From a virus (taxonomy: Duplodnaviria > Heunggongvirae > Uroviricota > Caudoviricetes), in the IMG/VR virus record IMGVR_UViG_2859657292_000001: a stretch of 64,000 nucleotides of DNA, one strand, 5' to 3'. Below, piece by piece: positions 37,477 through 48,130 of this stretch. The notes below the pieces were generated by a model. It had not been told where the DNA came from. It did no database searches and saw only the letters and a program-made list of their open reading frames with translations. How positions within the stretch are numbered: the stretch's first letter is position 1; each line of letters begins with the position of its first letter. The translations under genes were made by a program, and so were the position numbers.

Positions 37477-37551
37477 ACGTAAACTCATGGTTTTACCGGG
37501 GCATAAAATATGGTGTCTTAGAAAGACACTGAGAGCTTTAGGGATTAATAC

Positions 37552-38046
37552 ATGAGTGAATTTTATTCTAGGGCAGCAACTGTGGCAGACATGCCATTTA
37601 TCATGAGTGAGTTCGAAGACGGCGCACGCAAGGGTCACTTCTACGAAGAGATCCTCACATCAAAGGGGGGTAAAACCTTTGAGAAGCAGACCAGGCTGGC
37701 CATCCAGACGAACGAGCAGGGCCAATACTCCGGGCATTATATCTACATCCTGCTGCGCCGTTCTGATGACAAAAAAGCAGGGCTAATCTGGTTCTGTGCC
37801 GCACTCTATCCAACCGGTGCGCCACGACTTGAACTCCGTGCCGTCAGTATCGTCAAAGAGCTGCGCGGGAAAGGCTATGGGTCAATGCTGGTGTCCGACA
37901 TGATCGATTCAAACCCGAGCCAGCCGATGATGGCGAAGTGCTACGTCAAATCCTCGCAAATGGCCGACATGCTAAAACGCAGAGGTTTTCACCTTTTCGA
38001 CACGTCACCCAAAGGCACGCAGATGCTGTTTCGCGATCCAAAGTAA
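37552..38046 (+). CDS. GNAT-family N-acetyltransferase
   Basis: 'AVSIVKELRGKGYGSMLV' acetyl-CoA-binding motif (R/Q-x-x-G-x-G/A). Confidence 0.5.
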   Translation: MSEFYSRAATVADMPFIMSEFEDGARKGHFYEEILTSKGGKTFEKQTRLAIQTNEQGQYSGHYIYILLRRSDDKKAGLIWFCAALYPTGAPRLELRAVSIVKELRGKGYGSMLVSDMIDSNPSQPMMAKCYVKSSQMADMLKRRGFHLFDTSPKGTQMLFRDPK

Positions 38047-38047
38047 A

Positions 38048-38069
38048 AAGCACCCCATATGAGGTGCTT
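38048..38069. terminator. Bidirectional terminator hairpin (aagcacc-ccatatg-aggtgctt) between convergent genes
   Basis: Perfect 7-bp stem between the GNAT gene (+) and the lipoprotein gene (-). Confidence 0.5.
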
Positions 38070-38077
38070 CTGAAGAA

Positions 38078-38581
38078 TTAATCGCAAGTTGTTTTGCCAG
38101 TGCCGTCTGGGTATACGATGGATTCGCACGACTTGCCGTTCAAGAAGCTGTAGCTGCGAATAGTGCCGTCAGGATCGCGTTCTGTGTAGGACTCCAGCTT
38201 CTTCGGATCAGCGTTCTTACGGCGCACTTCTTTCAGCTCATATTGGGCCTTGTACATCTCCTTGTAGGCTTCCTCTATGCGCTTCATCTTGATCTCCTTT
38301 GCCTCTTTGCTACCGAGATAAGCGGCCATTTCAAGATCACAGTTGAAACGGATTTTTGGGAATGAAGGCGCGTATTTACCCATGACTTTGGTTAAATCAT
38401 TGTCGTTGGAGACATAATAGGCATGGCTTCCACACAATTTGTCGGCTCTGTCTTGGGCAATAGCTACGCTTGAAGTGGAATAAATATCAACGTACCCGCC
38501 AGCTAGCTTTTCATCTTGAGGCGGCTTTGGCACGCATCCGATCAGAGCAATGGCCATCGTCCCTATAATTACGCGTTTCAC
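38078..38581 (-). CDS. Lipoprotein (167 aa)
   Basis: MKRVIIGTMAIALIGC lipobox. Lower GC than the flanks. Confidence 0.45.
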   Translation of the reverse strand: MKRVIIGTMAIALIGCVPKPPQDEKLAGGYVDIYSTSSVAIAQDRADKLCGSHAYYVSNDNDLTKVMGKYAPSFPKIRFNCDLEMAAYLGSKEAKEIKMKRIEEAYKEMYKAQYELKEVRRKNADPKKLESYTERDPDGTIRSYSFLNGKSCESIVYPDGTGKTTCD

Positions 38582-38809
38582 CGTCCGTTCTCCTTTTTCG
38601 TTTAGTTGTCATCAATGAGTGACTGCGATTATAGAGTGGCTTGTAACATTTAGAAATCTATGCCGCTTCATAAAATAGGTATTCACTTACTTATATATTT
38701 TGTCATAATCGTGTCCCCGTAGATTTTCTTCTGTGCCGTGTTGTCTGGGTTGATCGCCTCTCAAGCACGCTTAACATCTGTATCAAAATAACCACAAAGG
38801 AAAAGACAC

Positions 38810-39895
38810 ATGACATTGCCATACGGGGTGATATCAGATCCCCATTATCATCGTTGGGATGCTTTTGCGACAACAAACGCTGACGGGCTGAACTCTCGAC
38901 TGGAGATCCAACTGGACGCCACGAAAGAAGCAGCCAAAGCCATGAAAGCTGCGGGCTGTAAGTACATGCTGGTGGCTGGTGATACTTTCCATGTTCGTGG
39001 TGCTATATCACCTTCCGTCCTGCATTTCGTGACCGAAACTTACGAGTGGATCATCAAAGAGTTGGGCCTCGAAGTGGTTATGCTGGCCGGCAACCACGAC
39101 CTCGAAACCAACGATTCCGTATACAGCGCCAATGCAGCGGCCTCTCTGCGCTCAATCGGTGTGGAAATCGTCTGCGGCAAACGTCCTCACTCCATCAAAA
39201 TGGGCGACGTTACCGTCCATCTGATTAGCTGGCGCAATAACCACGCAGAGCTTATCAGCGACCTCAAAACACTGCGTTCCGGGCTGGATGGCGACAACCA
39301 CGATGTCGTTGTGCATACCTCAATCAACAAAGCGATCCCCACCATGCCTGATGTCGGCATCGACGCACAGGAACTGAAAGATATCGGCTTCCGTTTGTTG
39401 CTGTCCGGACACTACCACAACCACAAAGAAGTGCTGCCTGGAGTGGTTAGCATCGGGGCGCTGACGCACCAGAATTGGGGCGATGTTGGCTCGCTGGCTG
39501 GCTTTATGATCGTCAACCCTGACGGCACATTCACCCACCACGAAACCTCCGCACCCAAGTTCGTCAACCTTGAGGACGATGTGGAAGACGACCAAATTCG
39601 CGGTAACTACGTGCGCTTCCGTGCCTTTGTGGAGAGCGATGAAGAGGGCATCAAAATCCAGAACGTCCTGAAAACAATGGGCGCGAAGGGTGTCGTCTGC
39701 AACTTCATCCGCAAGGCATCGATGATGGAAGGCACTGCCAGTACTGCGGAGACCAGCAAAATAGACAGCCTGGGAGAGTCCGTCGCGGCGTACTGCAAGA
39801 TCGTTCACGACACTGACGGCGGTTTCGACCTGAGCAAGCTGGACATGCTGTGTCAGGAGATCCTGACCGAAGCGGAGAGTGCGGAGGCAATGTGA
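38810..39895 (+). CDS. sbcD: SbcD/Mre11-family nuclease (T4 gp47-like)
   Basis: Calcineurin-like phosphoesterase motifs 'GDTFHVRG' and 'LAGNHD'. Adjacent to the Rad50-like ATPase gene. Confidence 0.8.
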   Translation: MTLPYGVISDPHYHRWDAFATTNADGLNSRLEIQLDATKEAAKAMKAAGCKYMLVAGDTFHVRGAISPSVLHFVTETYEWIIKELGLEVVMLAGNHDLETNDSVYSANAAASLRSIGVEIVCGKRPHSIKMGDVTVHLISWRNNHAELISDLKTLRSGLDGDNHDVVVHTSINKAIPTMPDVGIDAQELKDIGFRLLLSGHYHNHKEVLPGVVSIGALTHQNWGDVGSLAGFMIVNPDGTFTHHETSAPKFVNLEDDVEDDQIRGNYVRFRAFVESDEEGIKIQNVLKTMGAKGVVCNFIRKASMMEGTASTAETSKIDSLGESVAAYCKIVHDTDGGFDLSKLDMLCQEILTEAESAEAM

Positions 39896-39936
39896 GTACC
39901 AGCCATTCTGGGAGCTTTCGGGACTTCATCTCCACG

Positions 39937-40128
39937 ATGAAAAGACTTGAACGAGGCCAGACGGTGATGTTCCACAAGCCCTACCCACCCAACGGAAACC
40001 CTGTGGCGTTTTATCTGGGAAGACTGAGCAAACAAGGCGTACTGAAACGCCGATCTTTCCCAGCCCACACGGAGTTTCAACTGCGAAAAGGCCAGCATTT
40101 GAATCAAAAAGTTAGAGGCATTGTATGA
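39937..40128 (+). CDS. Small hypothetical protein between sbcD and sbcC
   Basis: Internal Met of the listed ORF 39850..40128; the start is uncertain. Confidence 0.25.
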   Translation: MKRLERGQTVMFHKPYPPNGNPVAFYLGRLSKQGVLKRRSFPAHTEFQLRKGQHLNQKVRGIV

Positions 40129-42041
40129 AATTTCTAAAGCTCCAGGTTGAGAACTTCATGGCGTTAGCCAGCGCCGAAGTTGAGTTAGACCAACGCGGTC
40201 TGGTGCTCATTCAGGGTGTTAACAGTGGCGACTCTTCCGCTGCCAGCAATGGCGCGGGCAAATCGACTTTGATGAACAGCCTGATGTGGTGTCTGTATGG
40301 CGAAACTGCGCATGGCGTCAAAGGTGACGACGTGCTCTCTACAGGCCACGAGAAAAACTGTCGCGTGATGGTGACTGTTGAGGATGAAGGAAAGCGTTAC
40401 GCCATCATTCGCCACCGCAAACACAAAGAGTTCAAGAACCGGCTGATCGTCCGTGGCGAAGACGGTGATATGACCAAAGGCAAAGACACACTGACGCAGG
40501 AGTTCGTTGAACGCCTGATTGGTGCATCGAAAGAGGTGTTCATGGCGTCCATCTACGCCAGTCAGGAAGCAATGCCAGATCTGCCTGGTATGTCCGATAA
40601 GAACCTCAAAACCATCGTTGAAGAAGCCGCTGGCGTCGACCGGTTAACGCGAGCCTATGCCATTGCTCGCGAGCGTGCTAATGCAGCTGCCGCACGCATG
40701 GATGTTACCAAATCCAAAATGGACGCCTGTCTCACGCTTATCGAGACCGCGCAGTCAGAGATTGAGGCGGCCAAAGCGTCCTCTGATAGTTGGGAACGCG
40801 ATCGCGGCGAACGTCTGGACAAGGCCCGCGTCGATTTGGCTGGCGCGGAGGTAACGCTGTCTGAAGTCGTGATGGAAATTCGCTCGCTGCCGGAACAGAT
40901 CCGGGATACGGAAAACGCGATTGCTGGCGAACGCAGCAAGCTGGCCTCCAAAGAAGAGCATGACGCCAAACTGCTGAAGGTGCGCGGTGCGATTACGGAG
41001 ATCCGCTCAAGCATCCGCACTTCAGAAGCGGCACAGAACGAGTCGATGAACCGTGCTCGCTCGTTTAAAACCAAAGCAGAAGAGGTCAGCACAAAGGTCG
41101 GAGCACCTTGTGTTACGTGCGGAAAGCCCTACTGCGAAGAAGATTTGTCCACCGTGAAGGAGAGTTTCATTGAACAAGCGCGTAATGAGATCGGCCAGGC
41201 GCAGGCATCAGCAGCGGCAGTGGCTCAACACAAAGCTCGTCTTGAGAAAGCGCTCGGCATCGAGTCTGCACTGGTCGCAGCCACACCCGACGTCTCAGAA
41301 ATCATCGCCAGAATCGAACGTCTGACCAATGAGTTAAGTGCATTACGCCATCGCGAACGTGAGGTCGCGGCCGTCGAAGCGATGGTGGCGCGGGCGCGTA
41401 CTGACGTGAATCGCATCATGGCAGAGGTAAACCCATTTCTGGCTGTCATTAAGCGCCATGAAGACAACCTGGCTGCCAATAAATCTAATCATGCAGTACT
41501 TAAAAAAGAGTTAAAAAGCATTCAGGAACAGGCTCTGTTGCTGGAGAAAGCTCGCCAGGTTTACTCCCCAGCTGGCGTGCGTTCACACATCCTGACTTCT
41601 GTTACGCCTTTCCTGAACATCAGGACTGCGGAGTATCTCAACACGCTGTCGGACGGCAATATCGTTGCCGAATGGTCGACAATGGAGACAACGAAGAAAG
41701 GCGAGTATCGCGACAAATTCAATATCAGCGTGACCAAAACAGGTTCCAGCAAATCCTTCCAGACGTTGTCTGGTGGTGAGAAGCGTAAGGTACGCATTGC
41801 GTGCTCTCTTGCCTTGCAGGATCTGGTTGCCAGTCGTGCCAGTAAGAATATCGAGCTGTTTATCGGGGATGAAATTGACGACGCGCTCGACACTGCCGGT
41901 CTGGAGCGTCTCATGGGGATTCTGGAAGCCAAAGCGCGTGAACGCGGCACAGTGATGATCATTTCCCACAAAGAGATGAAATCGTGGTTCCGGGAAACCA
42001 TCACAGTCGAAGTCAAAGAGGGTCGCAGCTATGTCGTTTAA
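40125..42041 (+). CDS. sbcC: SbcC/Rad50-family ATPase (T4 gp46-like)
   Basis: Walker A 'ASNGAGKST', zinc-hook 'CVTCGKPYC', the ABC signature 'LSGGEKRKV' and Walker B 'FIGDEIDDALD'. Confidence 0.8.
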   Translation: MKFLKLQVENFMALASAEVELDQRGLVLIQGVNSGDSSAASNGAGKSTLMNSLMWCLYGETAHGVKGDDVLSTGHEKNCRVMVTVEDEGKRYAIIRHRKHKEFKNRLIVRGEDGDMTKGKDTLTQEFVERLIGASKEVFMASIYASQEAMPDLPGMSDKNLKTIVEEAAGVDRLTRAYAIARERANAAAARMDVTKSKMDACLTLIETAQSEIEAAKASSDSWERDRGERLDKARVDLAGAEVTLSEVVMEIRSLPEQIRDTENAIAGERSKLASKEEHDAKLLKVRGAITEIRSSIRTSEAAQNESMNRARSFKTKAEEVSTKVGAPCVTCGKPYCEEDLSTVKESFIEQARNEIGQAQASAAAVAQHKARLEKALGIESALVAATPDVSEIIARIERLTNELSALRHREREVAAVEAMVARARTDVNRIMAEVNPFLAVIKRHEDNLAANKSNHAVLKKELKSIQEQALLLEKARQVYSPAGVRSHILTSVTPFLNIRTAEYLNTLSDGNIVAEWSTMETTKKGEYRDKFNISVTKTGSSKSFQTLSGGEKRKVRIACSLALQDLVASRASKNIELFIGDEIDDALDTAGLERLMGILEAKARERGTVMIISHKEMKSWFRETITVEVKEGRSYVV

Positions 42042-42777
42042 CTTGAGCCGAACGCAGTTTTTGCAGATGTTTGCCGTGATGCAGTCTATAAAGCTGATAA
42101 ACCACCATACGGCAAAAGCAGCTGCGCCTGCACTTTTGTGGAAAAACGAAAACATCAATGACGACCAGTTCTCGGTATTAACCAGTCTGTTGTCATCGAC
42201 TCCGTTGATGCCGAGTTTGTCTATGCTGCCGTCAGGAAGCACTGCGCCGATCCTTATTAATCCATTTACGGAAGGTGGATATCTCCCACATTCTGGGCCG
42301 GGGTTCGTTGTGATTCCTGAAACCGGAACGCTGAACATCCAAGAAAATGCGCTCTTCAATGCGATGGAGACGCACATCAGCACCGCATTCACTAATCTGA
42401 TTCGACACGCTAACGCACGCGCAGATCACGTTGCAATGCCGGGTGCTGCCTTCGCCAGCTTCTCTGTTGACTATGATCGGCACGCGCCAATCTCAAAGCG
42501 GGCGAAACTTTGCTTTTACGAGGAGGGATGTGAAGTAGCGGTTATTGAAGTTCTTCTCCCCCATGTATTCAGCGCGAATGAAACGGCTGCACGCCATCTG
42601 ATCGACATCATGCGACATTTCATCGGTCAGAGCATGATTGATGCAGACATTGCGGCAGGCGTTCTAACCAACGATAGCATTCATGTTGTTAGCGACATTC
42701 CGAAGCCGCCAACTCGCGAGCCGGAGAAGACACTTGAACAGAAACTAATGGAATGCCCAACCTGGGCTACGTGGTAA
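42031..42777 (+). CDS. Hypothetical protein (248 aa)
   Basis: ORF track; coupled to its neighbours. Confidence 0.4.
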   Translation: MSFNLSRTQFLQMFAVMQSIKLINHHTAKAAAPALLWKNENINDDQFSVLTSLLSSTPLMPSLSMLPSGSTAPILINPFTEGGYLPHSGPGFVVIPETGTLNIQENALFNAMETHISTAFTNLIRHANARADHVAMPGAAFASFSVDYDRHAPISKRAKLCFYEEGCEVAVIEVLLPHVFSANETAARHLIDIMRHFIGQSMIDADIAAGVLTNDSIHVVSDIPKPPTREPEKTLEQKLMECPTWATW

Positions 42778-43358
42778 GGAGACGAAAAATGAGTAAAACC
42801 ATTCGTGTGGTCGGCGTCGACCCTTCAATGAGCAACTTTGGCCTGGCGATTGGCACGCTGGATCTGGAAACGGATAAGCTGGACATTCATGGCCTGACAT
42901 TGGTGGAAACCAAAGCAGGCGGCAACAAGAAGACCGTTCGCGTAAACAGCGACGATCTGCGCCGCGCCAACGAAATCTGGCGTACAGCCAAGCCCATAAT
43001 CGAACAGGCCCATATGGTGTTTTGTGAACTTCCGGTTGGTAGCCAGTCCAGTCGCGCACAAACCTCATACGGCATCTGCATTGGCGTACTGGCGTGCGTG
43101 GATAAGCCACTGATACAGGTCACGCCAAACGAGATTAAGCACTATGTCGGGAATAAGCTGACCACGTCGAAGGAAGAGATCATTCAGTGGGCTACGCAGA
43201 AGCAGCCAAACGCCCCGTGGTTGCGCCGGAAGCAATCTGGCAAGGAAGTGCTGGTGAATAAAAACGAGCACCTTGCGGACGCTGTCGCGTCGATTTACAC
43301 CGGTATGCAAACTGATCAATTCCGTCAGGTTCGCGATGTTCTTGCAGGAATTTTATAA
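42753..43358 (+). CDS. RuvC-like Holliday-junction resolvase
   Basis: 'VVGVDPS' (cf. RuvC 'LGIDPG'), 'FCELP' and 'EHLADAVASIYTG' (cf. RuvC 'ADAADALAIAITH') acidic catalytic residues. Confidence 0.6.
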   Translation: MPNLGYVVRRRKMSKTIRVVGVDPSMSNFGLAIGTLDLETDKLDIHGLTLVETKAGGNKKTVRVNSDDLRRANEIWRTAKPIIEQAHMVFCELPVGSQSSRAQTSYGICIGVLACVDKPLIQVTPNEIKHYVGNKLTTSKEEIIQWATQKQPNAPWLRRKQSGKEVLVNKNEHLADAVASIYTGMQTDQFRQVRDVLAGIL

Positions 43359-43395
43359 GTCGGTAATTGATAGGTAAGTGCTTATCTATTAACAT

Positions 43396-43424
43396 GAGGC
43401 CACTATATTTAGTGGCCTTTTTTA
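43396..43424 (+). terminator. Terminator hairpin (aggccactatatttagtggcc followed by tttttt)
   Basis: Perfect stem followed by a T-run, just upstream of nrdA. Confidence 0.55.
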
Positions 43425-43435
43425 TTGGGTGATAC

Positions 43436-45751
43436 ATGATAAGCATCGTAAAACGTAACGGTTCCACAGAGCCGTTGTCAGAGGAAAAATACAACCGCGT
43501 TGTGATGTGGGGAGTCGAAAACATTCGCAACGTTAGCGCGTCTGCTGTCGCTATGGGCGCCGCTGCCAGCATTTTCGACGGAATGACCACCTGCCAGCTG
43601 CATGAAGCGCTGGTGAAGTCCGCTGCCGATCTGATCTCTCCGGAAACCCCGAACTACTCGCAGGTTGCCGCGCGACTGAGCCTGTTCAAGATCCGCAAGG
43701 ACGCCTTCGGGCAGTATGACTACCCGAATTTCTACAATCACATCGTCAGCAACGTCAACCGTGGCGTTTACGATGAAGACCTTCTCAAGTACTACTCTCA
43801 GGAAGAAATTGCCGAGCTGGGCGTGTACATCAAGCCTAAGCGCGACGAATACTTCGGCTATGCCGCCACCGTGCAGCTGGCGAGCAAGTATCTCGTTCAA
43901 AACCGTGTAACTGGCGCTATCTACGAAGGGCCACAGCAACTCTATATGCTGGTCGGCATGTGCCTGTTCCAGAATTGGGAAGATGGCTGCGTTGGTAAGA
44001 CGCGTCTGGAGATGGTTAAAGGCTTCTACGATGTGACCAGTACATTCAAGCTGTCTCTGCCAACGCCAATTATGGCCGGCGTGCGCACCCCTACTCGTCA
44101 GTTCTCCAGCTGCGTGCTGATTGAAGCTGCTGATAGTCTGAAAGGGATTAGCGCTGCGTCTTCCGCAATCATTGACTACGTGTCACGTCGCGCGGGCATT
44201 GGTATTGGCTTTGGGCGTCTGCGTGCGCTGGGAAGTGAGATCCGCAATGGCGAGGCCACCCACACTGGCGTTATTCCATTCCTGAAACACTTCCAGACGG
44301 CGGTGAAATCCTGCTCTCAGGGCGGTGTTCGCGGCGGCGCTGCTACAGCGTTCTATCCGATCTGGCACTTGGAAGTAGAAAGCCTGCTGGTGCTGAAAAA
44401 CAACCGTGGCATTGAAGAGAACCGCGTTCGTCATCTCGACTATGGAGTGATGATTAACCGTCTGATGTATCGCCGCCTGGTGCGCAACGAAAACATTACG
44501 CTGTTCAGCCCACACGATGTGCCGGGCCTGTACGACGCGTTCTTTGTTGATCAGGACAAGTTCGAAGAGCTGTACCTGAAGTACGAAGCCGACGAGAGCA
44601 TCCGTAAGAAATCTATCCCGGCCGTCGATCTGTTCTCTACGCTGATGCAGGAGCGTGCCTCTACTGGTCGTGTTTACATTGCCAACGTCGACCACATGAA
44701 CGATCACGGCGCATTCGTTCCGGAAATTGCACCGGTACACCAGTCCAATCTCTGCATGGAGATCACGCTACCGACCAAGCCACTGGCGTTCACTGACGAT
44801 CCGAACGGGGAAATCGCGCTTTGCACTCTGTCTGCGTTTAACCTGGGCGCGATCCGCACGTTGGACTCACTGAAAGACGTGGCGTTCTACGCTGTGGCGG
44901 CACTGGACTCTCTGCTCGACTATCAGGACTACCCGATGGCTGCTGCAGAAATCCCGGCTAAAGCACGTCGTAGCCTGGGCATTGGCGTGACCAACTTTGC
45001 CTACTATCTGGCGAAGAACGGCTTTAACTACTCTGACGCTGCGGGCAACCAGCTGGTGCATGAGACCTTCGAAGCCATTCAGTACTACCTGCTCGATGCG
45101 AGCTGCCGACTGGCCGAAGCGAAAGGTGCATGTGACTGGTTCTCCCACACCAAATATGCACAGGGCCAGCTGCCAGTCGACCACTATCGCAAAACGCTGG
45201 ATACCAACCCGGAGACCTCTTTCGAGCTGAAAATGCCGTGGGAAGAGCTGCGTGGACGTATCCGTGAGCATGGTCTGCGTAACTCCACTCTGACCGCTCA
45301 AATGCCGTGCGAGACGTCCAGTCAGATCACCAACTCCACCAATGGTATTGAGCCGCCCCGCGGCCCGGTGTCAGTGAAGTCTTCCAAAGACGGCATCGTG
45401 AAGATGGTCGTTCCGGACTTCGCGCAACTGAAAGACCAGTACGAGTACCTGTGGGATATGCCTGATAACCGCGGCTATCTGACTAAGGTGGCCATCATTC
45501 AGAAGTTCTTCGATCAGGCCATCTCTGCGAACACCAACTACGACCCGACTCGCTTCCCTGGCGACAAGGTTCCAATGATGAAGCTGCTGGAAGATCTGCT
45601 GTTTGCGTATCAGCAAGGTGTGAAGACGCTTTATTACCACAACACGCGTGATGGCGCTGGTAAGCGTGATGACGACGATCAGGTGTCAGAACCTTCCGCT
45701 GCGGAGGTTGTTGAGCCAGAAGATGAGTGCGATGGCGCGTGCAAAATCTGA
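43436..45751 (+). CDS. nrdA: Ribonucleotide reductase class Ia large subunit
   Basis: ATP-cone N-terminus, catalytic 'SNLCMEITLP' and a C-terminal cysteine tail. 771 aa. Confidence 0.85.
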   Translation: MISIVKRNGSTEPLSEEKYNRVVMWGVENIRNVSASAVAMGAAASIFDGMTTCQLHEALVKSAADLISPETPNYSQVAARLSLFKIRKDAFGQYDYPNFYNHIVSNVNRGVYDEDLLKYYSQEEIAELGVYIKPKRDEYFGYAATVQLASKYLVQNRVTGAIYEGPQQLYMLVGMCLFQNWEDGCVGKTRLEMVKGFYDVTSTFKLSLPTPIMAGVRTPTRQFSSCVLIEAADSLKGISAASSAIIDYVSRRAGIGIGFGRLRALGSEIRNGEATHTGVIPFLKHFQTAVKSCSQGGVRGGAATAFYPIWHLEVESLLVLKNNRGIEENRVRHLDYGVMINRLMYRRLVRNENITLFSPHDVPGLYDAFFVDQDKFEELYLKYEADESIRKKSIPAVDLFSTLMQERASTGRVYIANVDHMNDHGAFVPEIAPVHQSNLCMEITLPTKPLAFTDDPNGEIALCTLSAFNLGAIRTLDSLKDVAFYAVAALDSLLDYQDYPMAAAEIPAKARRSLGIGVTNFAYYLAKNGFNYSDAAGNQLVHETFEAIQYYLLDASCRLAEAKGACDWFSHTKYAQGQLPVDHYRKTLDTNPETSFELKMPWEELRGRIREHGLRNSTLTAQMPCETSSQITNSTNGIEPPRGPVSVKSSKDGIVKMVVPDFAQLKDQYEYLWDMPDNRGYLTKVAIIQKFFDQAISANTNYDPTRFPGDKVPMMKLLEDLLFAYQQGVKTLYYHNTRDGAGKRDDDDQVSEPSAAEVVEPEDECDGACKI

Positions 45752-45858
45752 TGAGCGTGGGGAGAAATCCCCACCTTTTCATTGAGTTGAGTACCTTGTT
45801 TAAACCAATAAGATAACAATTTGTTTAAAGCCACTCGATAACATTCAGAGGGAAACAC

Positions 45859-47001
45859 ATGACTTATTCTACTTTCCGTTTGGGCGCTAACGACGCAACG
45901 AAGGAACCTATGTTCCTCGGCCAGTCTGTCAACGTAGCACGCTACGATCAGCAAAAGTACCGTGACTTCGAAAAGCTGATTGAGAAACAACTCTCGTTCT
46001 TCTGGCGCCCTGAAGAAGTCGACATTACCACTGACCGCATCGACTTCAATACCAAGCTGCAAGAGCACGAACGCCATATTTTTCTGAGCAACCTGCGTTA
46101 CCAGACGCTGTTGGATTCCGTTCAGGGTCGCAGTCCAAACGCAACACTACTGCCGCTGATCTCCATTCCTGAGCTGGAGACATGGGTTGAGACCTGGTCG
46201 TTCTCTGAGACGATTCACAGCCGCAGCTATACCCACATTATCCGCGGTATGGTGGATGACCCGAGCATCGTTTTCGACGGCATCGTCACGGACGAAGAGA
46301 TCATCAGCCGGGCTGTAAGCATCTCAAGCGAATATGACAGACTGTACGAAATGACCTGCGCACGCCAGCATCTTGGCGAAGACGAATTTGAACGGCTGTA
46401 TGTCAGCGAGTTTGATGGCAAGCCCTACCCTCTCCAGCGCCAGCTGTTCCGAACACTGGTGTCGGTGAATGCACTGGAGGCGATTCGCTTCTACGTGAGC
46501 TTTGCGTGTACGTTCGCCTTTGGTGAGCGGAAGCTGCTGGAGGGCAACACAAAGATCATGCGCTTCATCGCGCGCGACGAGGCTCTGCATTGCGAAGGTA
46601 CTGAACGCATGATCCGCTTTATGCGTACCGGTCGTGAAGGTCTGATGTGGAAGATGATTGCCGCAGAAGAAGAGAGCTTCATCTATCAGACCATGATGGA
46701 TGTGGCCGGGCAGGAAATGCGCTGGGCTGACTATCTGTTTAAAGACGGCTCAATGATTGGCTTGAATGCCGACATCCTCAAAAGCTATGTGAAATACCGC
46801 ACCAACCTGGCAATGCGTCGTCTTGGGCTGCGACCGCTGTTCCCGGAAATCAAAGACGATCCACTGGTATGGATGAACAAATGGCTGCTGTCAGACACCC
46901 TGCAGATCGCTCCGCAGGAAGCTGAACAAAGCAACTACCTCGTCGGCCAGATTGACTCCGCCGTCGATCGCACCGGCCTGAGCCAGTTCGCAGACCTTTA
47001 A
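45859..47001 (+). CDS. nrdB: Ribonucleotide reductase class Ia small subunit
   Basis: Di-iron and radical-site motif '[14 protein letters not shown]'. 380 aa. RBS 'agggaaacacATG'. Confidence 0.85.
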   Translation: MTYSTFRLGANDATKEPMFLGQSVNVARYDQQKYRDFEKLIEKQLSFFWRPEEVDITTDRIDFNTKLQEHERHIFLSNLRYQTLLDSVQGRSPNATLLPLISIPELETWVETWSFSETIHSRSYTHIIRGMVDDPSIVFDGIVTDEEIISRAVSISSEYDRLYEMTCARQHLGEDEFERLYVSEFDGKPYPLQRQLFRTLVSVNALEAIRFYVSFACTFAFGERKLLEGNTKIMRFIARDEALHCEGTERMIRFMRTGREGLMWKMIAAEEESFIYQTMMDVAGQEMRWADYLFKDGSMIGLNADILKSYVKYRTNLAMRRLGLRPLFPEIKDDPLVWMNKWLLSDTLQIAPQEAEQSNYLVGQIDSAVDRTGLSQFADL

Positions 47002-47083
47002 GCCGAGTTTAACCACTTTGTGACCTGGCGCTGCTGGGTCACAATTGACGCATCAAATGAAGTCCAAAGGAAAGAAAGAAGAC

Positions 47084-47953
47084 ATGAAATTTACGAAACT
47101 GACCGATCATCTGAAACTTGCCGCAGACAAACTCGTGGGATTTAAGCCAGAGCCTTACGAGTTGAATCCTGGTTTTGGCAAGGCAACGGAAAGCATCTAC
47201 TTGATGGTTGACCAGTTCCACACACTGTTTCAGCACCCACGCCGTGCCATTCCAGATCCGGCATTACTGCGTCTGCGTGCCAAGCTGATCCACGAAGAAG
47301 CTGTTACCGAGGGCATCCCGGCAGCCAAAAATGGGGATATGACGGCGCTGCTGGACGCGATGGCGGACTTCCTTTACGTGGGCGTCGGCACAATGGTGGC
47401 CATCAAAGGCGGCATCTCTACGGGCATGAGTTACTACACCCAAGAGCAGAGTGTTGATCGCTTCATCCACACCATCATGGTTCCGGTCAACACGGTCTTT
47501 GACGATATGGCCATCCCGTTTGAAGAAGCAAAAGAAGCTGCATTAATGCTGAATGCGCTGGCTGACAAACTCGAAGCGAAGCCGATAAGCGATTCCGAAT
47601 TGGTGCAGGAGCTGCGCCGCGTGATGAACAAAATCTACGTTGCCTGCATGATGACCTACCGCCTGGCTGATTTTCTCGGTATCGATATTGTTGAGCTGGT
47701 GGCAGAAATCCACCGTTCCAACATGACCAAGCTGTGGCCGGCTGACGCCGAAGAGCGTCGTGTGGCGGTAGAGAATTGCAAATACGACAAGGAAGACCTG
47801 GGCTTCCGCCATGCTGAAGGGACTGACATGATGATTGGCTTCAGAATTTCTGATGGCAAGATCCTCAAATCCCCAACCTACAGCGATGTGGATCTGACTC
47901 GCTTTGTTGAGAAGGCAAAATCCTCATCTCTTTACGAGATGGTAAAAAAATAA
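47084..47953 (+). CDS. Putative all-alpha NTP pyrophosphohydrolase (MazG/dUTPase-like); start chosen after RBS AAGGAAAG
   Basis: Acidic-helix pattern '...IHEEAVTEG...DMTALLDAMADFLYVGVG'. Location within the nrd/thy cluster. This call is weak. Confidence 0.35.
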   Translation: MKFTKLTDHLKLAADKLVGFKPEPYELNPGFGKATESIYLMVDQFHTLFQHPRRAIPDPALLRLRAKLIHEEAVTEGIPAAKNGDMTALLDAMADFLYVGVGTMVAIKGGISTGMSYYTQEQSVDRFIHTIMVPVNTVFDDMAIPFEEAKEAALMLNALADKLEAKPISDSELVQELRRVMNKIYVACMMTYRLADFLGIDIVELVAEIHRSNMTKLWPADAEERRVAVENCKYDKEDLGFRHAEGTDMMIGFRISDGKILKSPTYSDVDLTRFVEKAKSSSLYEMVKK

Positions 47954-48027
47954 TTGTAAGTATATACTTATCATTATATATTGCCTTGGCGTGTTTTATT
48001 GTCCAAGTTCTTAATTGCTCATTGCAA

Positions 48028-48052
48028 TGGTGGCCTAAGAGCCACCATTTTT
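48028..48052 (+). terminator. Terminator hairpin (tggtggc-ctaaga-gccacca followed by tttttttt)
   Basis: Perfect stem followed by a T8 run. Confidence 0.55.
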
Positions 48053-48130
48053 TTTACTCCCCTCCTAGCCTTACACACTTCTGACAGATAAACTTGTATA
48101 AAATAATATGTATGTACTTACTTATCTTGT

